DNA of 52,942 nt from a virus (lineage: Duplodnaviria; Caudoviricetes), in the IMG/VR virus record IMGVR_UViG_3300033141_002397, positions 1 through 52,942 of that record; one strand, written 5' to 3'. Below, in pieces: positions 28,549 through 36,937 of the stretch. The notes below the pieces were generated by a model. That model did not search any database, had not been told where the DNA came from, and saw only the letters and a program-made list of their open reading frames with translations. The position numbers and the translations under genes are program-made. Position 1 is the first letter of the stretch; every line of letters begins with the position of its first letter.

Positions 28549-28917
28549 TCACCGAGTTATCCAATCAATTTCAAACCATCTTATTTTTCCGTCTAATCTT
28601 ACAATTCGCTCTAAAACTATCTTAGATTTCCTACCTTCTTTTCTCAGATATGCTCTGAACGGTATAAATCCAAATTCATATTCTAATTCAAGAAGTTTTT
28701 CTTGTTCTTCTTTAGATAGGTGTTTGTTCCACTTACACTCTACAACTATTGCTACAGTATGTAAAGACATATCAGTTGAGTCTTTGAACTGTCTGACTGC
28801 AATCAAGTCAGGAAATCGCGATTTATACTGTCTGACTACGAACCAACCTTTTTCTTCGAGAAATTTCTTGACTCGTCCTTCAAACCTTCGTCCTTTAATG
28901 TAAGATTTATTTAGCAT
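28549..28917 (-). CDS. hjc: Archaeal-type Holliday junction resolvase
   Basis: KGRRFE..V...LEEKGWFVVR...PDLIA...VECK. Confidence 0.85.
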   Translation of the reverse strand: MLNKSYIKGRRFEGRVKKFLEEKGWFVVRQYKSRFPDLIAVRQFKDSTDMSLHTVAIVVECKWNKHLSKEEQEKLLELEYEFGFIPFRAYLRKEGRKSKIVLERIVRLDGKIRWFEIDWITR

Positions 28918-28921
28918 ATAG

Positions 28922-29062
28922 TTATCTCCTTGTATAGAATACATTTATGTCATGATCTCTTCCACAGAGTCTACACACATCTACTTCTATTGTTATTCTT
29001 GAATCTATCTTATATTCATCGAAGTATTCTAAATACGAATTACAGTATTTGCAATGGCTCAT
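28922..29062 (-). CDS. 46-aa zinc-ribbon microprotein
   Basis: CKYC...CRLC; not in ORF track. Confidence 0.55.
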   Translation of the reverse strand: MSHCKYCNSYLEYFDEYKIDSRITIEVDVCRLCGRDHDINVFYTRR

Positions 29063-29064
29063 GC

Positions 29065-29376
29065 TCATTTCATCACGAAATCTATTCTATATGCTTCAAT
29101 ACATCCTTTGTTTGTATTTAGACAGCACCTGATCGACAGAAAATGTGTTTTAGGTACATCATCATACACGACACAAGAATGCGGTATCATATCAAAATAA
29201 TATGCTTGGCACATCTGTATATAACTCCATCTATCAGTTTTGAATAAGTCATGACTGGGCAAAACCGCCAGTTCTTCTTTCTCATTATTTACCATAAACT
29301 TTAACATGTCAATAATTTCATTCGGAGTATCCCTTTTCAGTTTCACATTTAAATGAAATTCTGTATATGTTCCCAT
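29065..29376 (-). CDS. Phage hypothetical (MGTYTE...)
   Basis: GTGATTAAAATG cassette. Confidence 0.65.
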   Translation of the reverse strand: MGTYTEFHLNVKLKRDTPNEIIDMLKFMVNNEKEELAVLPSHDLFKTDRWSYIQMCQAYYFDMIPHSCVVYDDVPKTHFLSIRCCLNTNKGCIEAYRIDFVMK

Positions 29377-29377
29377 T

Positions 29378-29833
29378 TTAATCACTATTAATATTATGTG
29401 CTTTTAAATCTTCTTTTAATGATGAAATATGAAAAACAAACCCTAAACAATATTTATTATCATTTTCTATGATTTCAAATGTTTTTATATCTGAAATATC
29501 GGTCTCATATTTCCATGTATATTCACCGCCGCACCAGATCGCCCGAATAAATTTTAGCGGTTTGTTTTTTCTTCTGAAATAATTTTCCATCTTCTTTTCG
29601 TTATCATGATCTAAATATTCAAAATCGGGTAAAATACCATGTTCATCGATTAAGAAATAACCGCCATCATAACAATCTCCTTCGTCTTCGATAGCGCCCC
29701 TGATTTCGATCAGGTCATCAGAAGCGCCGTAAACGATTACGAAACCATTCTCTCGGGCGGTTTGTATTTCTTCTTCTGATAAGATCATTGGATATTTTCT
29801 ATTCAATTTTGCCGCAAATTCTTTTAATGTCAT
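29378..29833 (-). CDS. Conserved phage hypothetical (VYGASDDLIE)
   Basis: GAGGT SD; familiar phage motif. Confidence 0.75.
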   Translation of the reverse strand: MTLKEFAAKLNRKYPMILSEEEIQTARENGFVIVYGASDDLIEIRGAIEDEGDCYDGGYFLIDEHGILPDFEYLDHDNEKKMENYFRRKNKPLKFIRAIWCGGEYTWKYETDISDIKTFEIIENDNKYCLGFVFHISSLKEDLKAHNINSD

Positions 29834-29850
29834 TTTATTACCTCAAATGT

Positions 29851-29997
29851 TTATTTTATTATTATTGTTTTACTTCGGCCAGTTGGTTTCGCCTTTTCGC
29901 CGCAGTTGATGTGTGGTAACGTGCCTTCATATGTCCATTCAGTTCTAAGATGGTTACCTTCTAAGTCTGTAACTTCAAATTCTATTTGTTCTATCAT
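29851..29997 (-). CDS. 48-aa microprotein (MIEQIEFEV...)
   Basis: AGGAGA SD; not in ORF track. Confidence 0.5.
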   Translation of the reverse strand: MIEQIEFEVTDLEGNHLRTEWTYEGTLPHINCGEKAKPTGRSKTIIIK

Positions 29998-30008
29998 TTT
30001 ATATCTCC

Positions 30009-30302
30009 TTATGCTATTTTATTTCCGTGTCTATATGTACGTAATTTATTTTTGTTATGTTTTGTTTCGATAGCACTTAAAATATCAACATCAAATGCAA
30101 CCGCAAGATCAAATATGCGTATCACTGCATCAGCTAATTCTTCACCGAAGTTATCTATCGAGCCATTTCGATATGATTCAAGTGCTTCGGATATTTCGCT
30201 ATGCACAAGACAAAGACTTTCTGGGATTCCTCGGTTTGTATCCCACCAGCCTTTGCTTTTCGCCAGTTCATGAATTTCAACAGGATCTATTATATTTGCC
30301 AT
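30009..30302 (-). CDS. MazG-like nucleotide pyrophosphohydrolase
   Basis: HSEISEALE...EELADAVIRIFD. Confidence 0.85.
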   Translation of the reverse strand: MANIIDPVEIHELAKSKGWWDTNRGIPESLCLVHSEISEALESYRNGSIDNFGEELADAVIRIFDLAVAFDVDILSAIETKHNKNKLRTYRHGNKIA

Positions 30303-30317
30303 TTAGTTCACATCCAT

Positions 30318-31013
30318 TTAATTATCAAACCAAAATACAATTCGGATTTCTTTGTCAGTTAAATTATTAGTATGTTTTAAATTTTCTAATTGTGGTAATA
30401 CGTGTTCAAAAAAACGATTTACACTATCGTAAAGACAACTTCGCCATTCAATACGCGTAAAATAGTATAAATTTTCTTTTTTTAAAGTAGGATTATCAAT
30501 TAACTTTTGCATTTCATTATTTGAAATAAAAACTATTTTACTTCCAATTATATCAGACCACCATTCTTTAGGACAACCATCTCTTTTGAATTCTTTAAAG
30601 CCTTTTATATCAACAGCGCCTCTTTTAACAAGAGTCATATTTTTAGAATCTTCACAGCCTTTTTTAAGTTCAGATAAATCTAAATAGCTTATGCTATGTG
30701 CATTTAAACCCCAACTATCTATATCTTGTATTATATCTTCAGAAACATTTAATGGTATTCCTTTAGGAAATGAGATAGGCACTATTATATTACCAGTATC
30801 ACGACCAGCGAAACCTTTACCATTACGAACATTAGCTAAAAATGCAAATAAAACATAATTGCGAGTATTATAAATACGTTCTCCATTTCTAAACTTTTCT
30901 TTAGAGAAATAATCATTATTAGGATTATAACGCTCGCTTCTTAATCCTTTTTTAACTTTTTCCCATTTACCATTTTTTTTAATTTCTACATATAAATGTA
31001 TATCAGTTCCCAT
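30318..31013 (-). CDS. Conserved phage hypothetical (MGTDIH...RNY.LF..LANVRN...RIVFWFDN)
   Basis: Recognisable family motifs; GAGGT SD. Confidence 0.8.
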   Translation of the reverse strand: MGTDIHLYVEIKKNGKWEKVKKGLRSERYNPNNDYFSKEKFRNGERIYNTRNYVLFAFLANVRNGKGFAGRDTGNIIVPISFPKGIPLNVSEDIIQDIDSWGLNAHSISYLDLSELKKGCEDSKNMTLVKRGAVDIKGFKEFKRDGCPKEWWSDIIGSKIVFISNNEMQKLIDNPTLKKENLYYFTRIEWRSCLYDSVNRFFEHVLPQLENLKHTNNLTDKEIRIVFWFDN

Positions 31014-31034
31014 TTATATTACCTCTTTTTGGAA

Positions 31035-31526
31035 TCATAATTTTATTTCAACAGTAACAAGTGTATCGTTATGACTGCCTCCATGTGATACAACTAATAG
31101 CTCAATTAATTTAAACCCGCGTGTTTTACCTATACCGTTACTATTCCAGCCACAACAGATCGCATATCCGCCTTTTCGTAAGATACGCTTTGTCTGGTCG
31201 CGTATAACGGTCATGCCCTGGACACGTTTCGTACCGTAACCTTGATAGTTGCGTACCACCTGGTTAACTGAAAACGGCGGGTCAATTAAGATACCATCTA
31301 TAGTTTCGTCATTAAACATACATTGTAAGAATTCAAACGCATCTAAATGACTTTGTGCGGTAGTGGCTGGGTTAATATCGTTTGTAAATGTGGCTAAATT
31401 ACTATTTCGAGCGAATGGATCTACCCATACATCAAACGGGTTTTGATATTTTAATATTAATTCTCTAATCGGTTTAATATTAAATGTTTCTGTGTTAGGC
31501 ATTGCCCAAATGCGGTTAATTATCAT
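31035..31526 (-). CDS. Small phage adenine-methyltransferase-like protein
   Basis: WAMPN..TF.IKPI, VDPFA, DPPFS, HGGSHND. Confidence 0.7.
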   Translation of the reverse strand: MIINRIWAMPNTETFNIKPIRELILKYQNPFDVWVDPFARNSNLATFTNDINPATTAQSHLDAFEFLQCMFNDETIDGILIDPPFSVNQVVRNYQGYGTKRVQGMTVIRDQTKRILRKGGYAICCGWNSNGIGKTRGFKLIELLVVSHGGSHNDTLVTVEIKL

Positions 31527-31633
31527 AAAAGTATAACATTATCGATCTTTAAATAGTTTGCTATATAAATTTATTATTTGTTACCCAAATAATTAAAAAG
31601 ATACAATGTATATATTAATATGAGGTAATAAGT

Positions 31634-31807
31634 GTGACAAGTGATGACACGGTTGAAACTGAGTTAGACGAAACTATAAAACAAATCTCTAAAATTAAAG
31701 GGACTGCAATTTTAATGTTTTGTAACGAAGTATTGTATCAATACGAATACGTTAGTCATCCAGAAGACTTTGATTATCTCGAAGTTGAAGAGCTGGAATG
31801 CAACTAA
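31634..31807 (+). CDS. 57-aa acidic microprotein, lone + strand gene in the - block
   Basis: GAGGT SD, GTG start; not in ORF track. Confidence 0.55.
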   Translation: MTSDDTVETELDETIKQISKIKGTAILMFCNEVLYQYEYVSHPEDFDYLEVEELECN

Positions 31808-31891
31808 TCTTTAATGTATAATATAACAAATAGCAAAAATAAAAAAATAGCAAACCCGATTATCATATCAATCATATGTATCATTAAACTT

Positions 31892-32062
31892 TTAAGAATA
31901 TACGTTATTAAATTCATTCAAATCATCGATTAAATTAAGAATATAATCAAAAAAGATTAAACTTAATCGCAAATGCGATTCGTATTCAGTACCTTTTAAT
32001 TCTTTTATAAGAGTAATTCTATCTTCATATAATCTATGTTTAAGTAAATTTAATTTGTTCAT
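31892..32062 (-). CDS. 56-aa microprotein (MNKLNLLKH...)
   Basis: Follows the phosphoesterase stop by 1 nt. Confidence 0.5.
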   Translation of the reverse strand: MNKLNLLKHRLYEDRITLIKELKGTEYESHLRLSLIFFDYILNLIDDLNEFNNVYS

Positions 32063-32063
32063 T

Positions 32064-32831
32064 TTAATCATAAAATCCAGTAGGCTTAGGAAAAAATACG
32101 CGGATGTCCTTTACGCGACCGTCTAAAGTAATTACTGGATACGATGGCAAATCAATTTGTAAATTCATTTTATCTGCATAAGAGTTTTTCCAGTTTAGAA
32201 AATGACCTGTAAGCACATAATGGCGTGTCCCTACTTTGATTTCACTACCAGTACTATATATGTAGTCTTGGGTAGTCCACGCGCGGGTATGGACGTGGCC
32301 CATTAAGAAAAGATCTGCTGTGTTCCATTCGGAAAATTTGTTTATTACGCGTAGTTTACTTAATGAGATTTTTGCACCCGAGCTGCCGTGGGTACTATAA
32401 ATTAAGTATTCTATGCCGTTAACTATAATTTTGTTATAGGTGCTATATCTAAAATAAGGCACGTTTAAATGTGCGGCTAAATCTTGTCCTACATCAAAAC
32501 CATGTTCTTTAAATAATCGCTCTTCGTGGTTGCCTTGGTGTAAGCCGATTATTTTGTTTTTTATTGGTTTCAGAAGTTCAACAGCTAAAAGTAAAGCGTC
32601 GCTTGTCGTCATGGTTTGTTTATGGACTGCTCCACCTACCTTTTTGCTTGGGCATTCTAAAATATCGCCCATTAAAATACATAGTGCGTTACTGTTTTTG
32701 CGTATGGTGCGAATCGCTTTTTCAAATAAATCCATATCAATGTCCGCACCTAAATGAACATCGCCTATCGGAATTAATTTAAGATGTTTGTTCGTATTTA
32801 TTTTTATAACATTCAGTTTTTCACCTTTCAT
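32064..32831 (-). CDS. Second calcineurin-like metallophosphoesterase
   Basis: GDVHLG, MGD, GNHE, THG, GHVH; AGGAGA SD. Confidence 0.85.
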   Translation of the reverse strand: MKGEKLNVIKINTNKHLKLIPIGDVHLGADIDMDLFEKAIRTIRKNSNALCILMGDILECPSKKVGGAVHKQTMTTSDALLLAVELLKPIKNKIIGLHQGNHEERLFKEHGFDVGQDLAAHLNVPYFRYSTYNKIIVNGIEYLIYSTHGSSGAKISLSKLRVINKFSEWNTADLFLMGHVHTRAWTTQDYIYSTGSEIKVGTRHYVLTGHFLNWKNSYADKMNLQIDLPSYPVITLDGRVKDIRVFFPKPTGFYD

Positions 32832-32868
32832 GTTTTTTATCTCCTTATATACTATAAACATTATATAT

Positions 32869-33222
32869 TTATATTATTTTCTTTAAGTTTGCAGCATATT
32901 TATATAAATGTTGCGTAATTTCGTCATGTGTAGGTGGCGATGCAATATACGGTTTCGGGATTGGGATGCTTGTTGTGTTAGGTCGTTTATTGAATTCCAT
33001 AAACCATTTAATGTTAGCGTCACTGTCGTCTACAGGTTCGCCATAACTAATACATATAAAATCGCAATTATAAAGATGGTTAGTTTCAACACTTACCGTA
33101 AAAATAGTAAATTCGTCTTTTAATCCAAATTCATTTATACAATTTTCGAGCGCCGATAATATTATTTTGCGGTATTGCGGGTAAATAATTTCAGTAAATT
33201 TTTTAATTCTGTTGTTTTCCAT
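32869..33222 (-). CDS. Hypothetical protein, leaderless
   Basis: Promoter at 33253-33270. Confidence 0.65.
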   Translation of the reverse strand: MENNRIKKFTEIIYPQYRKIILSALENCINEFGLKDEFTIFTVSVETNHLYNCDFICISYGEPVDDSDANIKWFMEFNKRPNTTSIPIPKPYIASPPTHDEITQHLYKYAANLKKII

Positions 33223-33293
33223 GCATATCGTTATATCTACGATACGGAACTTTATAAATGTTGCTATATACCTGACTAAAATGAATAGTTAAA

Positions 33294-33337
33294 AGAGGAC
33301 GAGCATCCGTACGGAATGGCACTCATATATGCCCTCT
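33294..33337 (-). ncRNA. Candidate ~45-nt structured small RNA
   Basis: AGAGGGC/GUCCUCU outer stem plus inner stems; TTTATATT 22 nt upstream; ends in a T-run. Confidence 0.4.
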
Positions 33338-33373
33338 AAGATAATTATGGTAAAAAGTAATATAAATAAGTTT

Positions 33374-33595
33374 CTATCCGTAAACCATTTTTCCGTATTT
33401 TGGTGGTTCGTCCAATACTATTCGTTTAATTTCTTTTTTATTTGATTTGACGTTTACCCTCACCAAATGTAGCTTGTGTGTTTTACATTCAAGGCATTTG
33501 CCCGTTTTTAGCATATGTTTGATACAAATTCGTTCTTTAAAAATAGTACCACAGTTAGTGCATTCTATATATTCTTTAATTTCAAGTTCTTCCAT
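33374..33595 (-). CDS. Zinc-ribbon protein
   Basis: CTNC...CLEC. Confidence 0.7.
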   Translation of the reverse strand: MEELEIKEYIECTNCGTIFKERICIKHMLKTGKCLECKTHKLHLVRVNVKSNKKEIKRIVLDEPPKYGKMVYG

Positions 33596-33596
33596 T

Positions 33597-33833
33597 TTAA
33601 TCCTTCATCCTCAGTTGATATATACATTTTATGTGTTTTCCTAACAAAAACGTTCGTGCTACTTTTTTCCAGTCTTCTTTTATTAGTTTTATAATAAGAT
33701 CAATAAATTCGTTTAATGTTTGTGGTACTGATGTATTATACCAAATCTCTTTTATTGTCTTTCTTGTTTCGTAGTTTGATCTCCTCTGGAAATATGAACG
33801 CATTCTTATCTCGTTTTCAAATAGTTTTTTCAT
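33597..33833 (-). CDS. Hypothetical protein
   Basis: GGAGGT SD. Confidence 0.6.
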   Translation of the reverse strand: MKKLFENEIRMRSYFQRRSNYETRKTIKEIWYNTSVPQTLNEFIDLIIKLIKEDWKKVARTFLLGKHIKCIYQLRMKD

Positions 33834-33952
33834 AAATTATTACCTCCTGGCATTTCAAAAAGGTCGTATTCATATACAACACAATTTTCTATCATTAATT
33901 TTACTACAAATAATGTATCTGTTTGTTTATGTTCATCTAAGATTATATTCAT
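33830..33952 (-). CDS. 40-aa microprotein (MNIILDEH...)
   Basis: ATGA overlaps at both ends. Confidence 0.5.
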   Translation of the reverse strand: MNIILDEHKQTDTLFVVKLMIENCVVYEYDLFEMPGGNNL

Positions 33953-34119
33953 TTTTTTTCGCCTTTTTTATATTTTTGTTTAAGATAATTAAAATATTTA
34001 ATGAACTTTAATATATTTGTTCTTGAAGGATGCGTTATTGAGTTAAATAGATATAGTTCGTAATTAAATCTATCTTCTTGGTCTATTTTATCTATATTAA
34101 AATAATGTTCATTATTTAT
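33949..34119 (-). CDS. 56-aa microprotein, ATA/ATT start
   Basis: GAGGT SD; fills the gap with overlaps; no ATG/GTG/TTG available. Confidence 0.35.
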   Translation of the reverse strand: MNNEHYFNIDKIDQEDRFNYELYLFNSITHPSRTNILKFIKYFNYLKQKYKKGEKK

Positions 34120-34268
34120 AATATTACCTCTTTAAATAAATCACCATAACCGCATATAGGACATACGCCAATAAATTCAACAAAACCAAATTCATCTTTT
34201 CTTTTTTCTAATATTATTCGATTTTGTTCGTTTTTTTCACCACAAACTGGACAGATATATTTTAACGT
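34116..34268 (-). CDS. 50-aa zinc-ribbon protein, ACG start
   Basis: CPVCG...CPICG; GGTGG SD 5 nt before ACG; in-frame stop immediately upstream. Confidence 0.55.
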   Translation of the reverse strand, partial: TLKYICPVCGEKNEQNRIILEKRKDEFGFVEFIGVCPICGYGDLFKEVIL

Positions 34269-34420
34269 TCATACCACCGTTTATCCGTAAATATTGAATT
34301 ATTACAATAAGGACATACTGCATAATATGTCCATGTTTTAATTTGACAGTTTTTAATATTAATTTTTTTAAATTTAAGGTTTTTTTCAGTTAATTCTTTA
34401 TCACAAGTATTACAGAACAT
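34262..34420 (-). CDS. 52-aa zinc-ribbon protein
   Basis: MFCNTC...CPYC; start overlaps the RHH stop. Confidence 0.6.
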   Translation of the reverse strand: MFCNTCDKELTEKNLKFKKINIKNCQIKTWTYYAVCPYCNNSIFTDKRWYER

Positions 34421-34581
34421 TATAATAAACCTAACTTTTTTAAACCTTCATTAACACAATGTCTTATGAATTGTGATTTATTTTTAAAGCAATCATGTAA
34501 TTCTATTGCTTTATCAATAGCGTTTACCATAGATTTTTTATATTTGGTGTTTATTTGGATATTATATTTTTCATTCTCCAT
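34420..34581 (-). CDS. Ribbon-helix-helix (CopG/Arc-like) regulator
   Basis: IQINTKY strand, then AIDKAI..FKNKSQFIRHCV helices. Confidence 0.75.
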   Translation of the reverse strand: MENEKYNIQINTKYKKSMVNAIDKAIELHDCFKNKSQFIRHCVNEGLKKLGLL

Positions 34582-34753
34582 TTTCATCATTTTTTTGTTT
34601 ATAAACTTGTTTTGGTTTCCAATCATCACAAGCGATATAATTATGGAATGGTTTTCCACCATGTAATCTACATATACCAATTAGATATGCTTTGTGGCGT
34701 TTACTCCATTTACCTAACCAATGACCACAATTACCACATGTGTGATATACCAC
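34571..34753 (-). CDS. Cys/His microprotein
   Basis: TCGNCGHW...CRLH...CDDW. Confidence 0.6.
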   Translation of the reverse strand: MVYHTCGNCGHWLGKWSKRHKAYLIGICRLHGGKPFHNYIACDDWKPKQVYKQKNDENGE

Positions 34754-34834
34754 ATATATAAATTGCTTTCAATAGTATTTAAAATTTATTGTTATACCCA
34801 AAAATTTAAATATGACGATACTATAAATACTATT

Positions 34835-35401
34835 ATGATTGTGTGTGGAATTGATCCGTCATTAAATTGTACCAGTTTAGTTTTCATTAGTGGTGAAAAC
34901 AAAGGTTTATTTGGTAATAATGACTTAAAAATAAAAAAAGTACAGCCTAAAGACTTACGTGGTGGAAAAAGATTAAGATTTATATATGAACGACTTTACG
35001 ATGCGTTTAATGATGAACCTCGAATGGATATGATTTTTGTTGAAGGTTATTCGTATGGTTCTACTAATCGCGCGTTTAAAATAGGTGAATTAGGGGGTAT
35101 AATTAAAGAATTCTTTTTCTGTATTGAACAAGATATAATTATTATCCCGCCTGCAATGTGGAAAAAAGCTATATTAAATAACGGGCATGCAACTAAAGAA
35201 GAAATAAAAAAATTTGTTGAAACAAATTATAATATTGAATTTACGAAACAAGATGATTATGATGCTTATTGTTTAGCGCTATTTGCTAAAATATATACCG
35301 AATATAAAAATAACACAATATCAAATGAAGATTTAGTTAAATATCGAAACTCGTTATTTAAATTAGATGATTATATAAAAGAAAATAGTAAAGATTGGTA
35401 A
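34835..35401 (+). CDS. ruvC: RuvC-like Holliday junction resolvase
   Basis: GIDPS, VEG, ELGG, P..WKK...G.ATK, DDYDA; leaderless after TTTAAATA at 34805. Confidence 0.85.
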   Translation: MIVCGIDPSLNCTSLVFISGENKGLFGNNDLKIKKVQPKDLRGGKRLRFIYERLYDAFNDEPRMDMIFVEGYSYGSTNRAFKIGELGGIIKEFFFCIEQDIIIIPPAMWKKAILNNGHATKEEIKKFVETNYNIEFTKQDDYDAYCLALFAKIYTEYKNNTISNEDLVKYRNSLFKLDDYIKENSKDW

Positions 35402-35402
35402 T

Positions 35403-36893
35403 ATGCCAACAAAAAGATACATTAAAAAAACAGAAAAGAAAGGTAGAGTTTGGGATTTAGAAACTAATCCACTTCCTGATTATATTCTCAAAAATATGGC
35501 TGATCCTTATTTTAATATGCGTTGTTCGATTGATTTTAAGTTCTTTTATGATAACCAAGTAGGGCCTTTTCTGCCTATTAAAAAAGGTAGTATCTATCAT
35601 CCATTGAAACCGTTCCATATGGAATGGATTAATTTAATGCAAAAGCATACTAATCTGGCATTAGAAGCACCAAGAGGCCATGCTAAAACATCAGTTTTAG
35701 GTATAGGGTATCCATTATGGCGTATAAAACATATTGGTGGCTTCAAAGCGATGGGTATTGCATATGATTTAAAAGACCAAGCTTGGAAAAACTTAGCTGA
35801 ATTAGAACATGTAGTTGATCATTCACCGTATCTTTATAGCTTAAAACCAGAAGGTAAAAAACCTAAAGATTGGAATAAAGGTCATTTAAAGTTTGTTAAT
35901 GGCAGTATGTATTTTTGTAGGGCCTATACGCCAGGTGCAGTAGGTGTACATGTCGATTATTTGTTTTGTGATGAAATGCCTAAATATATTGACCATTCTA
36001 TATTTTTTAATGATATATTTCCTACGGCTCAAACCAATGCAGGGCATATTTGCGGAATAGGAACTCCCGCACATGAATTAGATTTATTAGCTAAATTATC
36101 TAAGAACCCAGAATTCTATTATAAACGATATACTGCTTTAGATGAAGAAACAAGAACAATTCCATTATGGCCTGAAAGATTTCCATTAGAAAAATTAAGG
36201 TCAATTGAACGCGGTATGCGTTTAGAACCAGGCGCATTTGAAAAACAATATATGTGTAATAGAGTTTCATCTGACGATTCTTATTATCCGTGGCATATTA
36301 TCAAAGACTGTTTTGATGAAGATGCACGATTTAGTGATACTATAATAGGTAATTGTTTTATTACATGTGATTTTGCATTATCTCAAGAAGGCGATTATTC
36401 AGTATTTATTATATGGGATTATTATGATGGTATATTATATTTACGAAAAGCATATCGGTTTAGAGGTATGCATGAAGATGAACAAATAAGATTATTAAAA
36501 GAAATTAATGAGATTTATAGACCTTCATTATTTTTCATTGATGAGACTAATATAGGACAAATGTTTAAGAATCGATTACTTCTTAACGGATTACCAATAG
36601 AAGGCACTCATTTTGAATCAAGACGAAGACATTCGATGCTTGTATCATTAAGACAAACATTTGTTTCAAAACGCATATCTATACCAATGAGCAAAGATGA
36701 TCCAGATTGTTTAAATTTTGCACAAAGATTAGTAAAAGAACTAATATCAGCTAAAAAACAAAAAACACAACATGGTTTAGATACTATTTATTTTAGAAGT
36801 GCACATGATGATTGTGGAATTACTACCGCAATGGGTGCATTTAAAGCCGCAACGTTACAACCATCTAATTTCTTTGCAGTAACATTAAAATAG
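35403..36893 (+). CDS. terL: Terminase large subunit
   Basis: Walker A APRGHAKT, Walker B LFCDE, IGTP, LWPE; nuclease CDFA..GDYS and HDD. Confidence 0.92.
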   Translation: MPTKRYIKKTEKKGRVWDLETNPLPDYILKNMADPYFNMRCSIDFKFFYDNQVGPFLPIKKGSIYHPLKPFHMEWINLMQKHTNLALEAPRGHAKTSVLGIGYPLWRIKHIGGFKAMGIAYDLKDQAWKNLAELEHVVDHSPYLYSLKPEGKKPKDWNKGHLKFVNGSMYFCRAYTPGAVGVHVDYLFCDEMPKYIDHSIFFNDIFPTAQTNAGHICGIGTPAHELDLLAKLSKNPEFYYKRYTALDEETRTIPLWPERFPLEKLRSIERGMRLEPGAFEKQYMCNRVSSDDSYYPWHIIKDCFDEDARFSDTIIGNCFITCDFALSQEGDYSVFIIWDYYDGILYLRKAYRFRGMHEDEQIRLLKEINEIYRPSLFFIDETNIGQMFKNRLLLNGLPIEGTHFESRRRHSMLVSLRQTFVSKRISIPMSKDDPDCLNFAQRLVKELISAKKQKTQHGLDTIYFRSAHDDCGITTAMGAFKAATLQPSNFFAVTLK

Positions 36894-36937
36894 TAACATT
36901 TATTTATCACGTTTTTTATTTATATTTATTGATAATA

